DNA of 64,000 bases from Candidatus Hodarchaeota archaeon (GCA_048886685.1 JBHLKM010000003.1:1-64000); one strand, 5' to 3'. Positions 40,083 to 50,549 are shown, counted from the first letter of the stretch. The notes: generated by a model not told the origin, from the letters alone. Numbers and translations are program-made.

Positions 40083-40997
40083 CTAAATTATTTGAGTTTC
40101 CTTTCTTAAGTACTTTTGAATAAATTTTCCTATTTTTTCAGTTGCTTTCTGACCCTCTGGTGCCCATGAACCAAACATTTGAAACATATGAATCATACCA
40201 TCCCATATATCTAAAATAACGTCAACACCAGCAGCTTTCGCTTTTTCAGCAATTCGAGTAGAGTCGCTTAGTAAAATTTCTGCCTCGCCCACTTGTATTA
40301 ACATGGGTGGTAATCCTTTGAGATCAGCATACATTGGTGATATATAAGGATTTTTGGGGTCATCATCTCCAATATATAAAGAAGCTAAGAAGAAAAGGTC
40401 ACTTGTATTCGCGAGTGGATCTAGTTTTGCTTTTGATCGAATTGTATCTCCAGTCATATCCAAATCGGCCCATGCTGAAAGTACAAGTGCTGCGGCAGGT
40501 AATGCGATACCAGTGTCTCGCAATTTCAGAAGAGTTGCTAGTGTTAAACCACCTCCTGCTGATTCTCCTCCTATAATGATATTTTGAGGTTCAATTCCCT
40601 CATTATCGATCAACCACTTGTAAACAGCAACAGCATCTTCTAATGCTGCAGGATAAGGATTTTCAGGTGCTCGACGGTAATCTATTAATAAAACTCGCGA
40701 ATTTGAGGTCCTAGAAAGCCTTGAACCAAACTCTTTATGTGTATTGATCGACCCTAAAACATAACCACCCCCATGGAAGTATAGGACAACACATTCCTCT
40801 GCGGCTTCAGGAGTGCTTATCCAAACAGCTGGAACACCGTTAATATCGACTTCCTCAATTTTTACATCCTTTGGAATTTGAAACAGAACACCTAATTGTT
40901 CAAAACGAGTACGAGTTTCTTCCACTCTTTGTTTAGCAGCAACTTCTCCTTGTTGGAATAACATTTTTATAACCCTATCCATACCTTCACTAACCAT
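40083..40997 (-). CDS. Alpha/beta hydrolase, hormone-sensitive-lipase-like esterase
   Basis: HGGGY, DYRRAPE, GESAGG nucleophile, GMIHMF. Confidence 0.92.
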   Translation of the reverse strand: MVSEGMDRVIKMLFQQGEVAAKQRVEETRTRFEQLGVLFQIPKDVKIEEVDINGVPAVWISTPEAAEECVVLYFHGGGYVLGSINTHKEFGSRLSRTSNSRVLLIDYRRAPENPYPAALEDAVAVYKWLIDNEGIEPQNIIIGGESAGGGLTLATLLKLRDTGIALPAAALVLSAWADLDMTGDTIRSKAKLDPLANTSDLFFLASLYIGDDDPKNPYISPMYADLKGLPPMLIQVGEAEILLSDSTRIAEKAKAAGVDVILDIWDGMIHMFQMFGSWAPEGQKATEKIGKFIQKYLRKETQII

Positions 40998-41084
40998 TAG
41001 TGATTTCCCTCTATTTTTTTAAATATAAAATTTAGTAAAATAAGTAGTTTTTATGATTAAAAAAATATATCTTAAAAAAATAGA

Positions 41085-41291
41085 TTAAATAATGAATTTG
41101 ATGATTAAAAAGAGTCCAACTACTATTAATATCACAGAGATAATTATAATAATCGACATCCCAGTTGGCTCAATTTGAGCAATCCATGCATCCCATTCGA
41201 TGATTGCGAGTGATAAAAGAATAGCACCAAAAGCTATCATGAATAAACCCACTCCAATCAGAAATAAACTTGATTTTGTAGAATCTTTCAT
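41085..41291 (-). CDS. Small two-TM membrane protein
   Basis: 68 aa, two hydrophobic helices, fills the gap in a co-oriented run. Confidence 0.65.
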   Translation of the reverse strand: MKDSTKSSLFLIGVGLFMIAFGAILLSLAIIEWDAWIAQIEPTGMSIIIIISVILIVVGLFLIIKFII

Positions 41292-41384
41292 AATTACTCA
41301 CATTCTCTATTAGTATTAGGAAAACAGAATAATAAAATTAATTAAAATAAATTAAGAAAATATAATTAAATAGATAAATAATAG

Positions 41385-41672
41385 TTATAAACCTGTTAAT
41401 AAGATATTATCAATAACTTTATGAACTTTCTTGACGTTTTCGTCCCCAAGAGCCTTTTCTACTTCTAATTTCAAATCTAAGAGAGTACTAAAGGCTTTAA
41501 CAATGGTATTTTGAATAGCATTATTAAACCCGCTTTTATCACCTTTGATATCTTTAAACTCTTCAACTCTCTCAAGCATTACTTTCTCATATTCTTCTGC
41601 AGTTGTAGTTCGAAGCTCTACTAGTTTCCGTATCTTCATTCTATCCTCATTTTTAACAGTCTCTTCTGGCAT
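41385..41672 (-). CDS. Hypothetical helical protein directly abutting tes
   Basis: ATG immediately follows the tes stop (TAAATG); GGAGGGTGA SD lies inside the tes 3' end. Confidence 0.8.
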   Translation of the reverse strand: MPEETVKNEDRMKIRKLVELRTTTAEEYEKVMLERVEEFKDIKGDKSGFNNAIQNTIVKAFSTLLDLKLEVEKALGDENVKKVHKVIDNILLTGL

Positions 41673-43409
41673 TTAAGCTTCACCCTCCTTTTTAATTCCA
41701 CCATTACGAGCTACTTCTGGTTTAGTTTCCGTTGCCAATTGACCTGTAGTGGTATCGAACTCATTTCTAACTTTGGCAGTTATTTGCTTAGCGATTTGTT
41801 TTTCAATCTCAGGTCTGTGAATTGAATTCATTGTACAGAAACTTATCTCTTTTACTGTGTCATCTGGCATTGCTACTCCAAAATGTACAATACATCTCTT
41901 GGCTCTTTCAAGATCCATATTATATGCATCTTGGAAGTGCATGCTGGATAGTAATAGTGCACCGTAACTGAATGAGCTTATACTTTCCCAATCTCCCCGC
42001 ATCAATACTCTACTGAACAATTCCATGAGTTTTCCCGGTTTTTTCATGTATTGTAGTACGCCAAGTAAGAATCGCGCCCGAAGTTGAGTTTTATCAAGAA
42101 AATTTAGCCCCTTATCAAGAGTTTTTCCAAAATCTCCTAATAAATCTTCAAAAATTCTAAGCGGTTTCTTTTCCTTGTCTTTAATTTTAGCCCAAAAACG
42201 ATTGGCAAAATCTATAACTTTTAACGGGTCAAAATAGTCCATTATTGGTGCCATCTCTCCTGAATCGGGGTCTACTATCATGTATGAAGCGAAACCACAG
42301 TCAGGATGGCATGTAAACTCGATAGGTTCAACATCTGCTAAATAGGCTATAACTCTCCCAAACTCCACGATGGTGGTAAGTGGGTACCATGCGTTCTCCA
42401 TACTGATTTTTCCACCTGTTTGTCTCTCAATTGCTTTGAGAATATCTGCATTAGTAATACGGAGCTCTTCACGTTCTTCGAAAGCAATCCGACCGCATAA
42501 GGAAACTGGCTGAAATGTGATTCCTCGTACAACATCAATATTATCAATTGAATACTGAATGATATTACCAACCTCGATATCTGTAACTCCCTTAGCAATT
42601 GTAGCAACTAATACGATTGAATTAAGCTTTGCTTTTCGGCAATTATCAATAACTCTTTGCTTATACGACATTAAATTCTTAATTCCACGAGTCTTTTCGT
42701 ATGTAATATCATTAATCCCATCAAACTGAAAGTATAGTGTATCTAAGCCCATTTCTTTGCATTTTTTAGTGAATTCCAAGCCACCATTTTTGCGTTGAAA
42801 TCCGTAACCATTAGTAGCGACTATTACCTCTTTAAAACCATGATCTTTAGCCATTTTACAAATCTCAGGGAAATCTTTTCTAACCGTGGGCTCTCCACCG
42901 GTAAACATAATAGCAACTGCGGGAATTGGTTTACTCCTAAAGTGTGCCATTATTCTATCGATTTCCTCTAGGGTTGGTTCCACAAGATATCCACTCTGCA
43001 ATACATTTGCATAGCAAAAATTACAGTTAAAATTACATCTATTTGTGAGATCAATTAAAGCTAATGAACATGTTGATATATGTTGTTCACAGAGACCACA
43101 ATTATATGGGCATCCTCTTGGGTCATCTCCTATAAAATCTGGAGGATTTGTTTCTCCATCTTTATCAAACTGCCACACAATATTTCCATCTTTGTCTCTT
43201 ATAGCATAATGCGTCCATTTATAATATTTAGCAGAACTACTAAGTAAATCTTTAAAGTCACCATGATCCTCGCATGTCTTTCTCATCCATATTTTCTGAT
43301 CATCTTCATAGATTTCAGCCGAAATTGGTTGTAGGCATTCAGGACATACACTTCTAGTTTTCCGATAATAAGGTACGTTTAAATATTCATCATCGTCTAA
43401 ATGGTACAT
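41673..43409 (-). CDS. tes: Tetraether lipid synthase (Tes / GDGT-MAS), radical SAM enzyme
   Basis: N-terminal CPEC...CEDHG metal site, CPYNCGLCEQH, radical SAM CNFNCNFC, GGEPT, TCHPDCG, MHFQDAYNMDLERAKRC, ISFC. Likely start ATG 43409. Confidence 0.88.
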   Translation of the reverse strand: MYHLDDDEYLNVPYYRKTRSVCPECLQPISAEIYEDDQKIWMRKTCEDHGDFKDLLSSSAKYYKWTHYAIRDKDGNIVWQFDKDGETNPPDFIGDDPRGCPYNCGLCEQHISTCSLALIDLTNRCNFNCNFCYANVLQSGYLVEPTLEEIDRIMAHFRSKPIPAVAIMFTGGEPTVRKDFPEICKMAKDHGFKEVIVATNGYGFQRKNGGLEFTKKCKEMGLDTLYFQFDGINDITYEKTRGIKNLMSYKQRVIDNCRKAKLNSIVLVATIAKGVTDIEVGNIIQYSIDNIDVVRGITFQPVSLCGRIAFEEREELRITNADILKAIERQTGGKISMENAWYPLTTIVEFGRVIAYLADVEPIEFTCHPDCGFASYMIVDPDSGEMAPIMDYFDPLKVIDFANRFWAKIKDKEKKPLRIFEDLLGDFGKTLDKGLNFLDKTQLRARFLLGVLQYMKKPGKLMELFSRVLMRGDWESISSFSYGALLLSSMHFQDAYNMDLERAKRCIVHFGVAMPDDTVKEISFCTMNSIHRPEIEKQIAKQITAKVRNEFDTTTGQLATETKPEVARNGGIKKEGEA

Positions 43410-43747
43410 TTTATTTACCCCAAATATGTTGTTATTTAATAAGTATTTATTCAAACATGTATTTATACAAAATTAGAAGTGTTTAAATTTAAATCTTTTT
43501 CTACTTTTCCAACTTTTGCGAGTATTATTTGTAAATAAACTCTAAAAAGTAAGCTTTCGGTATCTACTACCATTTTATGACTAGTTGTGAAAAACATGAG
43601 AAGAAAAAGTAAATCTTTCTAATAAAAATAAAACTTTAATTTTAAAAATCTTTTTTTAATAAATTTTTTTTTGATGGATTAAATAAGCGAAAAAAAAGAT
43701 TTTTATGAATTAGCTTCTGCTAAAATCTTTATTTCTTCGTTTGGAAA

Positions 43748-44776
43748 TTACTCTATGATATTATCAATAATGGCTCTTCCCATGATTTTTCCGTTCTTCA
43801 TTTCTTCAAAAACTTCATTGATTTCTGAGAGTTTTGCTGTTCTGCCGACATGAGTTTTAACATTACCTTCTACTGCAAATTTAACTACTTCTCGCATATC
43901 TTCTACAGTTCCCGTTAGGGATCCAGTTATTAGTAAATTATTCATTATTAGTTGAAATGGGGTTAACGTTATTGATCCCTCACTAAATGCTGGCATTCCT
44001 GCTCCAATCAGTGTTCCCCCTACTTTGAGTAATTTAATTCCAAGATTGTAGGCAGGAATGTTTGCTGCAAATATTACGCTTGCTTGAACTCCTCCGAATT
44101 CTTTTGTAACAAAACTCGCAGCTTCATTGGCATCTATTACATGGTCAGCACCGAGTTTATCAATGAACTCTAATTTTTCAGAGCCTACATCGACTCCGAT
44201 GACCTTATACCCGAAACTTTTTGCAATCTGTACCGCATAATGACCGAGTCCACCGGCCGCTCCAATAATGGCTACATTTTTGCCTTCAGATATTCCTAGG
44301 CTCCTAAGTTTTTTAATTGCCCCAAATGCTGTTAAACCTCCACATGCTAAAGGAACTTCTGTATCATTAAGTTCATCAGGGATTTTTACTAACGTTGGTG
44401 CCCAAATGGAAATATATTCACTAAATATCCCGAATATTGGCTGCCTTTTTGAGCAGTAATTCATTTTTCCGGAAAGGCAATACTCACAGGTTCCACACCA
44501 GTGCCCTCCCGTTCCACCGAGACCTAATATAACTCTATCGCCTTTCTGAATATATTCTTCGGCGCCAGGGCCCAATTCTTCAACTATTCCTATACCTTCA
44601 TGCCCTAAGGGAAAAGGAGGTGGTATCTTCATCCAATCTCCAAAAGCAAGATGTAAATCCGAGTGGCAAACACCAGCGGTGGTAATTTTTACTAAAGCTC
44701 GCTCTTCTACTGGGGAAGGTTTAGGAACGTCTAAAATACTTACTTTTCCAATTTCTGTAACTATAGCTGCACGCAT
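43748..44776 (-). CDS. Zinc-dependent alcohol dehydrogenase
   Basis: GVCHSDLH, GHEG, CGTCEYC...C, GAAGGLG. Confidence 0.92.
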   Translation of the reverse strand: MRAAIVTEIGKVSILDVPKPSPVEERALVKITTAGVCHSDLHLAFGDWMKIPPPFPLGHEGIGIVEELGPGAEEYIQKGDRVILGLGGTGGHWCGTCEYCLSGKMNYCSKRQPIFGIFSEYISIWAPTLVKIPDELNDTEVPLACGGLTAFGAIKKLRSLGISEGKNVAIIGAAGGLGHYAVQIAKSFGYKVIGVDVGSEKLEFIDKLGADHVIDANEAASFVTKEFGGVQASVIFAANIPAYNLGIKLLKVGGTLIGAGMPAFSEGSITLTPFQLIMNNLLITGSLTGTVEDMREVVKFAVEGNVKTHVGRTAKLSEINEVFEEMKNGKIMGRAIIDNIIE

Positions 44777-44869
44777 TTTATTTTTTCCCTTTAATAAATG
44801 TTCGTGTAATTATTATTATTTATTTTCTGATTATAAATAATTTTTCTTAATCCCTAATACCATTTATTG

Positions 44870-45664
44870 CTATTTACCTTTAAACATAGGTTTTCTTTTT
44901 TCAAAAAATGCTTTCAATCCTTCTTGAAAATCTTCAGTTCCAGCAGTCTTTACAATGTGTTCCGCTTCTCTATTTAAATGGGTTTCTAAATTATGGGTAT
45001 AAGACTCTCTTAAGAGCTTCTTAGTAAAAGCAAAGGCCATTGGTGCTCCAAGGCTCAATTCAATGGCAAACTTTTTAACTTCTTCCACAAATTCTCCTGA
45101 TACAACAACCTTATTAACCAAATTAAATTCTAAGGCTTCTTTGGCATTGAGTATTCTGTGAAGAAAAAACATTTCATTTGCTATACTTAAACCTACAAGT
45201 TTGGGAAGATGAAAGGTAGAAGAAGAATCTGGAGAGAGTCCTATTCGTGTGAATGCGCATCCAAACGTAGCATTTTCCGAGCTTATTCTAAAATCACAAG
45301 TAGTGGCATATCCCAGGCCTGCCCCAAAACAGGCACCATTTATCGCAGCAATAGTTAGTTTATTCATATTTTTGAGAATTTTTATCCCTTTATGTAATCT
45401 ACTTGCTATTTCAGCCATGAATTCATCAGGAACTTCTGCCTTTTGAAATTCGACAACATCTCCTCCAGCACAGAAAGCTTTTCCTCTTCCAGTAAGAATT
45501 AAACATCTAATTATAGGACTTTCTGAAATTTCAATAAAAGCTGTAATGAGTTCATCAAGAAATTCAATATTGAATGCATTTAATTGCTTAGGGCGATTGA
45601 AATAAATAACTGCTAATTTATTTGATTCATCAATATCCACTTCAATTGATCTATAATCTTTCAT
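44870..45664 (-). CDS. Enoyl-CoA hydratase/isomerase (PaaG-like subgroup)
   Basis: FCAGGD, AAINGACFGAG, AFTRIGLSPD, EKRKP.F.G. Confidence 0.88.
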   Translation of the reverse strand: MKDYRSIEVDIDESNKLAVIYFNRPKQLNAFNIEFLDELITAFIEISESPIIRCLILTGRGKAFCAGGDVVEFQKAEVPDEFMAEIASRLHKGIKILKNMNKLTIAAINGACFGAGLGYATTCDFRISSENATFGCAFTRIGLSPDSSSTFHLPKLVGLSIANEMFFLHRILNAKEALEFNLVNKVVVSGEFVEEVKKFAIELSLGAPMAFAFTKKLLRESYTHNLETHLNREAEHIVKTAGTEDFQEGLKAFFEKRKPMFKGK

Positions 45665-45762
45665 AATGTTCAGAATTAATGAATAGATTAATAGATTATT
45701 TATTCAGACTCTAATGAAGATCGAGAAATAGACTCATATTTATTCTAATGATTTAAAAAGGG

Positions 45763-47142
45763 TTACTTGAATTTTTCTTTCAATGACCTTGTTAAATCAT
45801 TCAATTTCTTTGATAATTTTAATTCAAAGGGTTGAACCTCCTCTAAATCTTTATAACTCTCTGGTAATGTCTTAATATTTTCTATATAAAATGATTGAAT
45901 ATCATCGATTTTTGGTAATTTAGTAATTAGATTTCCATTTTTAATGATTGGTTGTAATAATGGAGTTGAATCAGAGGGAGCAGGTTCATCATCAAGAGCT
46001 AAGATATCCTTCTTAAACTTACCGTTTTTATCATATACTCGATAAACCTGCTTAATCCCTGGATAAGTGATTTTTTCTTCACTAATCTTTATTTTTGGAA
46101 TGTTTTTGTACTCAATTAATTTGTAAACACCAGAAATGGTAGGATCATCCCGTGAGGTTGCTAATTCTGTTCCTATTCCGAATGCATCAATTGGTGCATT
46201 TTGATCGATTATTTCTTTAATTTTATACTCATTAAGGTCAGAACTAGCTACGATTAGAACTTTTTCACATCCATTTTGGTCCAGAATTTTTCTAACTTTT
46301 TTCGCATGATTAATCAGATCACCAGAATCTATTCTTACTCCTCGTATTTTATTTCCAAATTGAGCACATTTATCCGCTCCCTTTTCAGTGTTATAAGTAT
46401 CTATTAAAAGTATTGAATTTTCGTCATAAATTTCATAATAAGTTTTAAAACTCTCAATTTCCTTATCGAATTTTTGAACAAAACTGTGAGCCATAGTACC
46501 AGTTGAGTTAATTCCTAATTCAATATCAGCAACGACATTACTAGTTCCATTAAATCCAGCAATATAACTTGCTCTAGCGACATAAACTCCAGCAAGAGGG
46601 CTATGAGATCTCCTTGTGCCAAACTCGAGTAATACTTTATCAGGAGCGATATTTTTGATTCTTGACGCCTTTGATGCAATTAGAGTTTGAAAATTAATTA
46701 CATTTAGTAGGTATGTTTCTGCTAATTGAGCATGAATGATTGGGCCTTGAATCCTCACAATAGGTTCATTAGGAAAAAAGTAGTTTCCTTCTTTCATTGC
46801 CCATACCTCCAAATTAAATTTAAAATTAGGTAGATACACATCAAAGAAACTTGAATGAATTTTTTTAAACACTGGTTTGTTCCTTAAAAAATCAATGGTT
46901 CGTTTTGAAAATTTAGCATTTAGTAAATAATGAAGTGCCTGTTCTAAACCTGCAAAAATTAAATAATTGCGATTTTTAGGAAATTTTCTTATGAAAAGTT
47001 CAAATGTAGCAATTTCATCTTCTTCTTTGATATTATTTTCGAGGTTATATTGAAAATATGCTGCTGACATTGTGAGTTGATAGAAATCAGTACTCAAAAT
47101 CATATTATCGTTATTCACATAACCAGAACTTAAAACTGACAT
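45763..47142 (-). CDS. pncB: Nicotinate phosphoribosyltransferase
   Basis: TDFYQLTM, EFGTRR, GTMAHS, LIDTY, VRIDSGD, FGIGT, GVYKL. Confidence 0.95.
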   Translation of the reverse strand: MSVLSSGYVNNDNMILSTDFYQLTMSAAYFQYNLENNIKEEDEIATFELFIRKFPKNRNYLIFAGLEQALHYLLNAKFSKRTIDFLRNKPVFKKIHSSFFDVYLPNFKFNLEVWAMKEGNYFFPNEPIVRIQGPIIHAQLAETYLLNVINFQTLIASKASRIKNIAPDKVLLEFGTRRSHSPLAGVYVARASYIAGFNGTSNVVADIELGINSTGTMAHSFVQKFDKEIESFKTYYEIYDENSILLIDTYNTEKGADKCAQFGNKIRGVRIDSGDLINHAKKVRKILDQNGCEKVLIVASSDLNEYKIKEIIDQNAPIDAFGIGTELATSRDDPTISGVYKLIEYKNIPKIKISEEKITYPGIKQVYRVYDKNGKFKKDILALDDEPAPSDSTPLLQPIIKNGNLITKLPKIDDIQSFYIENIKTLPESYKDLEEVQPFELKLSKKLNDLTRSLKEKFK

Positions 47143-47293
47143 TTTTTTTTTGGGGTTTCTTACTTAGGTTTTTTAATTAAATATTTTAATTCTATCAATT
47201 ATAAACCTTTTTTCTGAAATTTATATGATAAAAAATTAGATAGAACTGAAACTAAAACTTATAGACGTAAAAATTGATAAAAAATTAACTTTA

Positions 47294-48169
47294 CTATTCA
47301 GAATTTAAGTTAGTTAATTTTACACTAATATCCCATAGTTTTTTAGCTAAATCCTCATTATAGGATGCTTTAACAGACTTTGCGACCTTTCTTTTCTTAA
47401 AATATTTACCACTTATACCCTCAATATCAGGAGAAGAAGCACAAAATATAGATGTTTTAGCTCCTCTTTTAGGACTTTTAACAAACAAGCTTATAAATGG
47501 GAAGAAATATTTAACAAATTTTCTGAAATTACGAATCATATTTGTTCTTACATACCCCGGATGAAGGCAGTTTATAGTTACCCCATTACCATCAAATCTC
47601 CTCGCAAATTCATAAGTAAATATAATAATTGCTAATTTAGTCATTGAGTAAGCTTTCATTTGATGGTAGTGTTTTTCTCCATTAAGGTTATCAAAATCAA
47701 TAGATTTAGCTTGTACACTTGAAGCGACGTTTACAATTCTTGCAGTTTTACTTGCTTTAAGTAAATCGAATAACAAATTACATAATAAGAAAGGAGCTAA
47801 ATAATTGACTGCTAGTGTAGTTTCAATCCCTTCTTCCGTTAGTTTACGTTTGCTAAGATTTACCCCTGCGTTATTAATAAGTACATGCAAATACTGATAC
47901 TTTTCATTAAATTCTTTGACAAACTGATGGATTGCTTTTTGAGAAGACAAATCTGCTAACATCAAGTAAACTGATTCATTATTAGATTTTCTTCTAATGT
48001 CATTTAAGGCCCGTTCACCCCTCTCTTTATTGCGGCAGACCATTACTATAGTTGCTCCCATTTTTGCTAATCCAATAGCTGTGGCCTTACCAATACCAGA
48101 ATTTGCGCCAGTAATCATACAGATTTTTCCTATCATCATATCAGATACATGATTATTGACTTTGACCAA
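47294..48169 (-). CDS. Short-chain dehydrogenase, retinol-dehydrogenase/WWOX-like subgroup
   Basis: TGANSGIG, LINNAG, YSMTK (YxxxK), LHPGYVRT, A.KLW..S. Confidence 0.9.
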   Translation of the reverse strand: MVKVNNHVSDMMIGKICMITGANSGIGKATAIGLAKMGATIVMVCRNKERGERALNDIRRKSNNESVYLMLADLSSQKAIHQFVKEFNEKYQYLHVLINNAGVNLSKRKLTEEGIETTLAVNYLAPFLLCNLLFDLLKASKTARIVNVASSVQAKSIDFDNLNGEKHYHQMKAYSMTKLAIIIFTYEFARRFDGNGVTINCLHPGYVRTNMIRNFRKFVKYFFPFISLFVKSPKRGAKTSIFCASSPDIEGISGKYFKKRKVAKSVKASYNEDLAKKLWDISVKLTNLNSE

Positions 48170-48267
48170 AATGAATCCCTAAATATGAGAAGAGTTAATA
48201 TCCTAATTAAAAGTAAATTAGAGAAGGTTATAAAATTAATAAAATCTTTGAAGTACCACAAACAATT

Positions 48268-49215
48268 TTAGAGCTTTTGAACTTTTCTAATGTTTTTTAC
48301 TATTATTCCCCAGAAATTATCTTTATCAAGTTTACCATTAATACTAAGCTTTTCATTGACTTTTAAATTATTATCATTCTGTAATTTTTCACTTACTCTA
48401 ATTTTTAACTTTTCGACGTTTACAATATCTTCCTCTCGAAAATCACCTTTTCGATATATTCTTGGGCCTAACTTTACATCCTTTAATGTGATATGGTAAT
48501 AAGTAGTTACATTTCCTTGAAAATCTGATTGCCTTTCAACAATGTCCAATATTTCCCCTTCATAGACAGTGATACTAATATTCAGAAATTTAATTAATAA
48601 GGCACTATCAGAACTTTCATCTATTAAACTTATTTTTCCAGCTTCATGTAGTTGCTCTCCACCTATACCCGCAGTCGATATTTTTAGTGGTTTAATACGA
48701 TCCTCAAAGTCATCTGGTAAATTTGTTAATGTCCAATCTTTTAGGTTAAAAAAACCCTCTTTTAATGAAAGAATAAATCCGACCCAAAAATGACTACAAA
48801 AACCCATATTCGAACCAATTCGACAATCGCAATCTCGATCTGGATCATCTATATTTTTGGGTGTAATAGATAAAAAAGAGCTAACCTCCCAATTGAATCC
48901 TTTAAAAGATATTTCGATTTCATGGTTTTCAGGATTCACAATATTGATCTCAGAAACACTTTCTCTATCTTCGCCATTGATTTTTTTTAATGCTAAATTT
49001 ATCCCGTCTAATATGATTTCTAATTCTTTTTGGTCGAGTAAATCTCCTAATTCTTCTTCAGATAAAGAGTCCAGAACAAATTCTATTAATTCAGATTTCT
49101 TCAATCTTGAGAATCCTTTTATCTCAAAATCTCGACATATTTTTTTCAGATCATCAACATTTAAGGAATGTAATAAATAATTCAAATATTTCTTATTATC
49201 CAGCTTCCTTTTCAT
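48268..49215 (-). CDS. Putative nucleic-acid-binding protein: SAP/HEH motif, SWIM zinc finger and OB-like C-terminus
   Basis: LNVDDLKKICRDFEIKGFSRLKKSELIEFV; CDC-x9-CSH; beta-rich C-terminal ~100 aa. Confidence 0.7.
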   Translation of the reverse strand: MKRKLDNKKYLNYLLHSLNVDDLKKICRDFEIKGFSRLKKSELIEFVLDSLSEEELGDLLDQKELEIILDGINLALKKINGEDRESVSEINIVNPENHEIEISFKGFNWEVSSFLSITPKNIDDPDRDCDCRIGSNMGFCSHFWVGFILSLKEGFFNLKDWTLTNLPDDFEDRIKPLKISTAGIGGEQLHEAGKISLIDESSDSALLIKFLNISITVYEGEILDIVERQSDFQGNVTTYYHITLKDVKLGPRIYRKGDFREEDIVNVEKLKIRVSEKLQNDNNLKVNEKLSINGKLDKDNFWGIIVKNIRKVQKL

Positions 49216-49602
49216 TTTTTTAACGCCTAAGATAACAATAAAATAAGATATTACTACTCAATAATAATTTGAAAGGCTAGTTTATAATTGTATCTATCAA
49301 CATGTTTTCGATGTAAATAAATATATTAGTTATTTGAAAAATAGATTAAGCCTGTTTATCAAAATTTACTTTAAAGGAAATTTTATAAAATAAGAAAATA
49401 AGATTAGTAAATCTGTAAAAAAGCTCTCTTTTTTTTATCATTTTTCAATAATAATTTGAAAACAATGCCAAAATCCAGAAATCATTGCTATGCTGAATTG
49501 TATGAAAATGTTTAAATACAAGATTATCCTTTTTAATTAAATATAACTTTAAATAAATAAATCTTTAATTAAGCAAAATTATCTTTTAGGTGGAAATGAA
49601 AG

Positions 49603-49812
49603 ATGAGCTTTGAAAGCCCTGATTTTCTAAAATATTTTGGAGAAATCAAATTTGCCGAAGAGAATAGTATGTGTATAAATGATTTTGAACTTGCTTTAAA
49701 GAAGTATCTATTTGGAAAGAAAAAAATTCCAAGTGGGTATTACGAATTTGGTGAAAAAGATAATAATTATCTAAAGGACTTCGAGCGAGCCTTCGAAAAC
49801 TTTTTTAAATAA
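49603..49812 (+). CDS. Hypothetical protein
   Basis: 69-aa ORF with AGGTGG SD and protein-like composition. Confidence 0.55.
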   Translation: MSFESPDFLKYFGEIKFAEENSMCINDFELALKKYLFGKKKIPSGYYEFGEKDNNYLKDFERAFENFFK

Positions 49813-50029
49813 GGCAAAAAAAATCAAACTGTATTTTTGATAACTTATTTTTACATTCTAAATGTTTGGGTATTATTCATAATTTAATGAGAAACAGTTA
49901 TTATGATAAAAACAATTATAAGCTAAAATAAATAAATTTATTAGACTCACTTATCCATTACTACTTAAGTATATTTAAATAAACTTTATTTTTATACAAA
50001 TATTATATAAAATATAGTCAAACTATTCG

Positions 50030-50494
50030 GTGGGTATGACAGAAGAAGATAGAGATTTTCGTTGGACAATAAAACTGGATTGGTTAAACATCGTAAGTTT
50101 ACTTAACCTAAACAATATTAACCAGATTTCAGAATTCAAAAAAATGAAAGCTATAAGAAGACTTACTAGAGATTACGGTTCGGAAAAACTTATATCTTTT
50201 GAACCAGAATACTTAGAAAAACTAGTAGCAGATGAATTAAAAGAATTAATGAAAAAAGAATTGATGATGAATGCAAAGAAGCAAGAAAAAATAGAGAAAG
50301 AGATACGCAGTAAAGTAATACCATTTCAAAGAGGTGGTATTATTAAAATAGACCCCAGAGACTTGAAAGATTTTAATGGAGATGAGACCGATTTTCTTAA
50401 GTACTTATATAAAAAATTTCTGGGGGATAAGGATGATGATAAAGACGACGATAAAGATAAATTCAGAGAAGATAATACTGGTTATTATATTTAA
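50030..50494 (+). CDS. Hypothetical protein with acidic tail ending GYYI
   Basis: Charged helical ORF; DKDDDKDDDKDK tract; start uncertain. Confidence 0.7.
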   Translation: MGMTEEDRDFRWTIKLDWLNIVSLLNLNNINQISEFKKMKAIRRLTRDYGSEKLISFEPEYLEKLVADELKELMKKELMMNAKKQEKIEKEIRSKVIPFQRGGIIKIDPRDLKDFNGDETDFLKYLYKKFLGDKDDDKDDDKDKFREDNTGYYI

Positions 50495-50549
50495 TCGAAT
50501 TATATAAATCTATTCTACTTTCTAACATTTCTATGAATTTATAAAAGAT

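Noticed and set aside
41673-43409. MoaA or other generic radical SAM annotation
   Set aside because: The N-terminal CPEC...CxxHG and CPxxCGLC motifs plus CHPDCG and MHFQD fit Tes/GDGT-MAS rather than MoaA.
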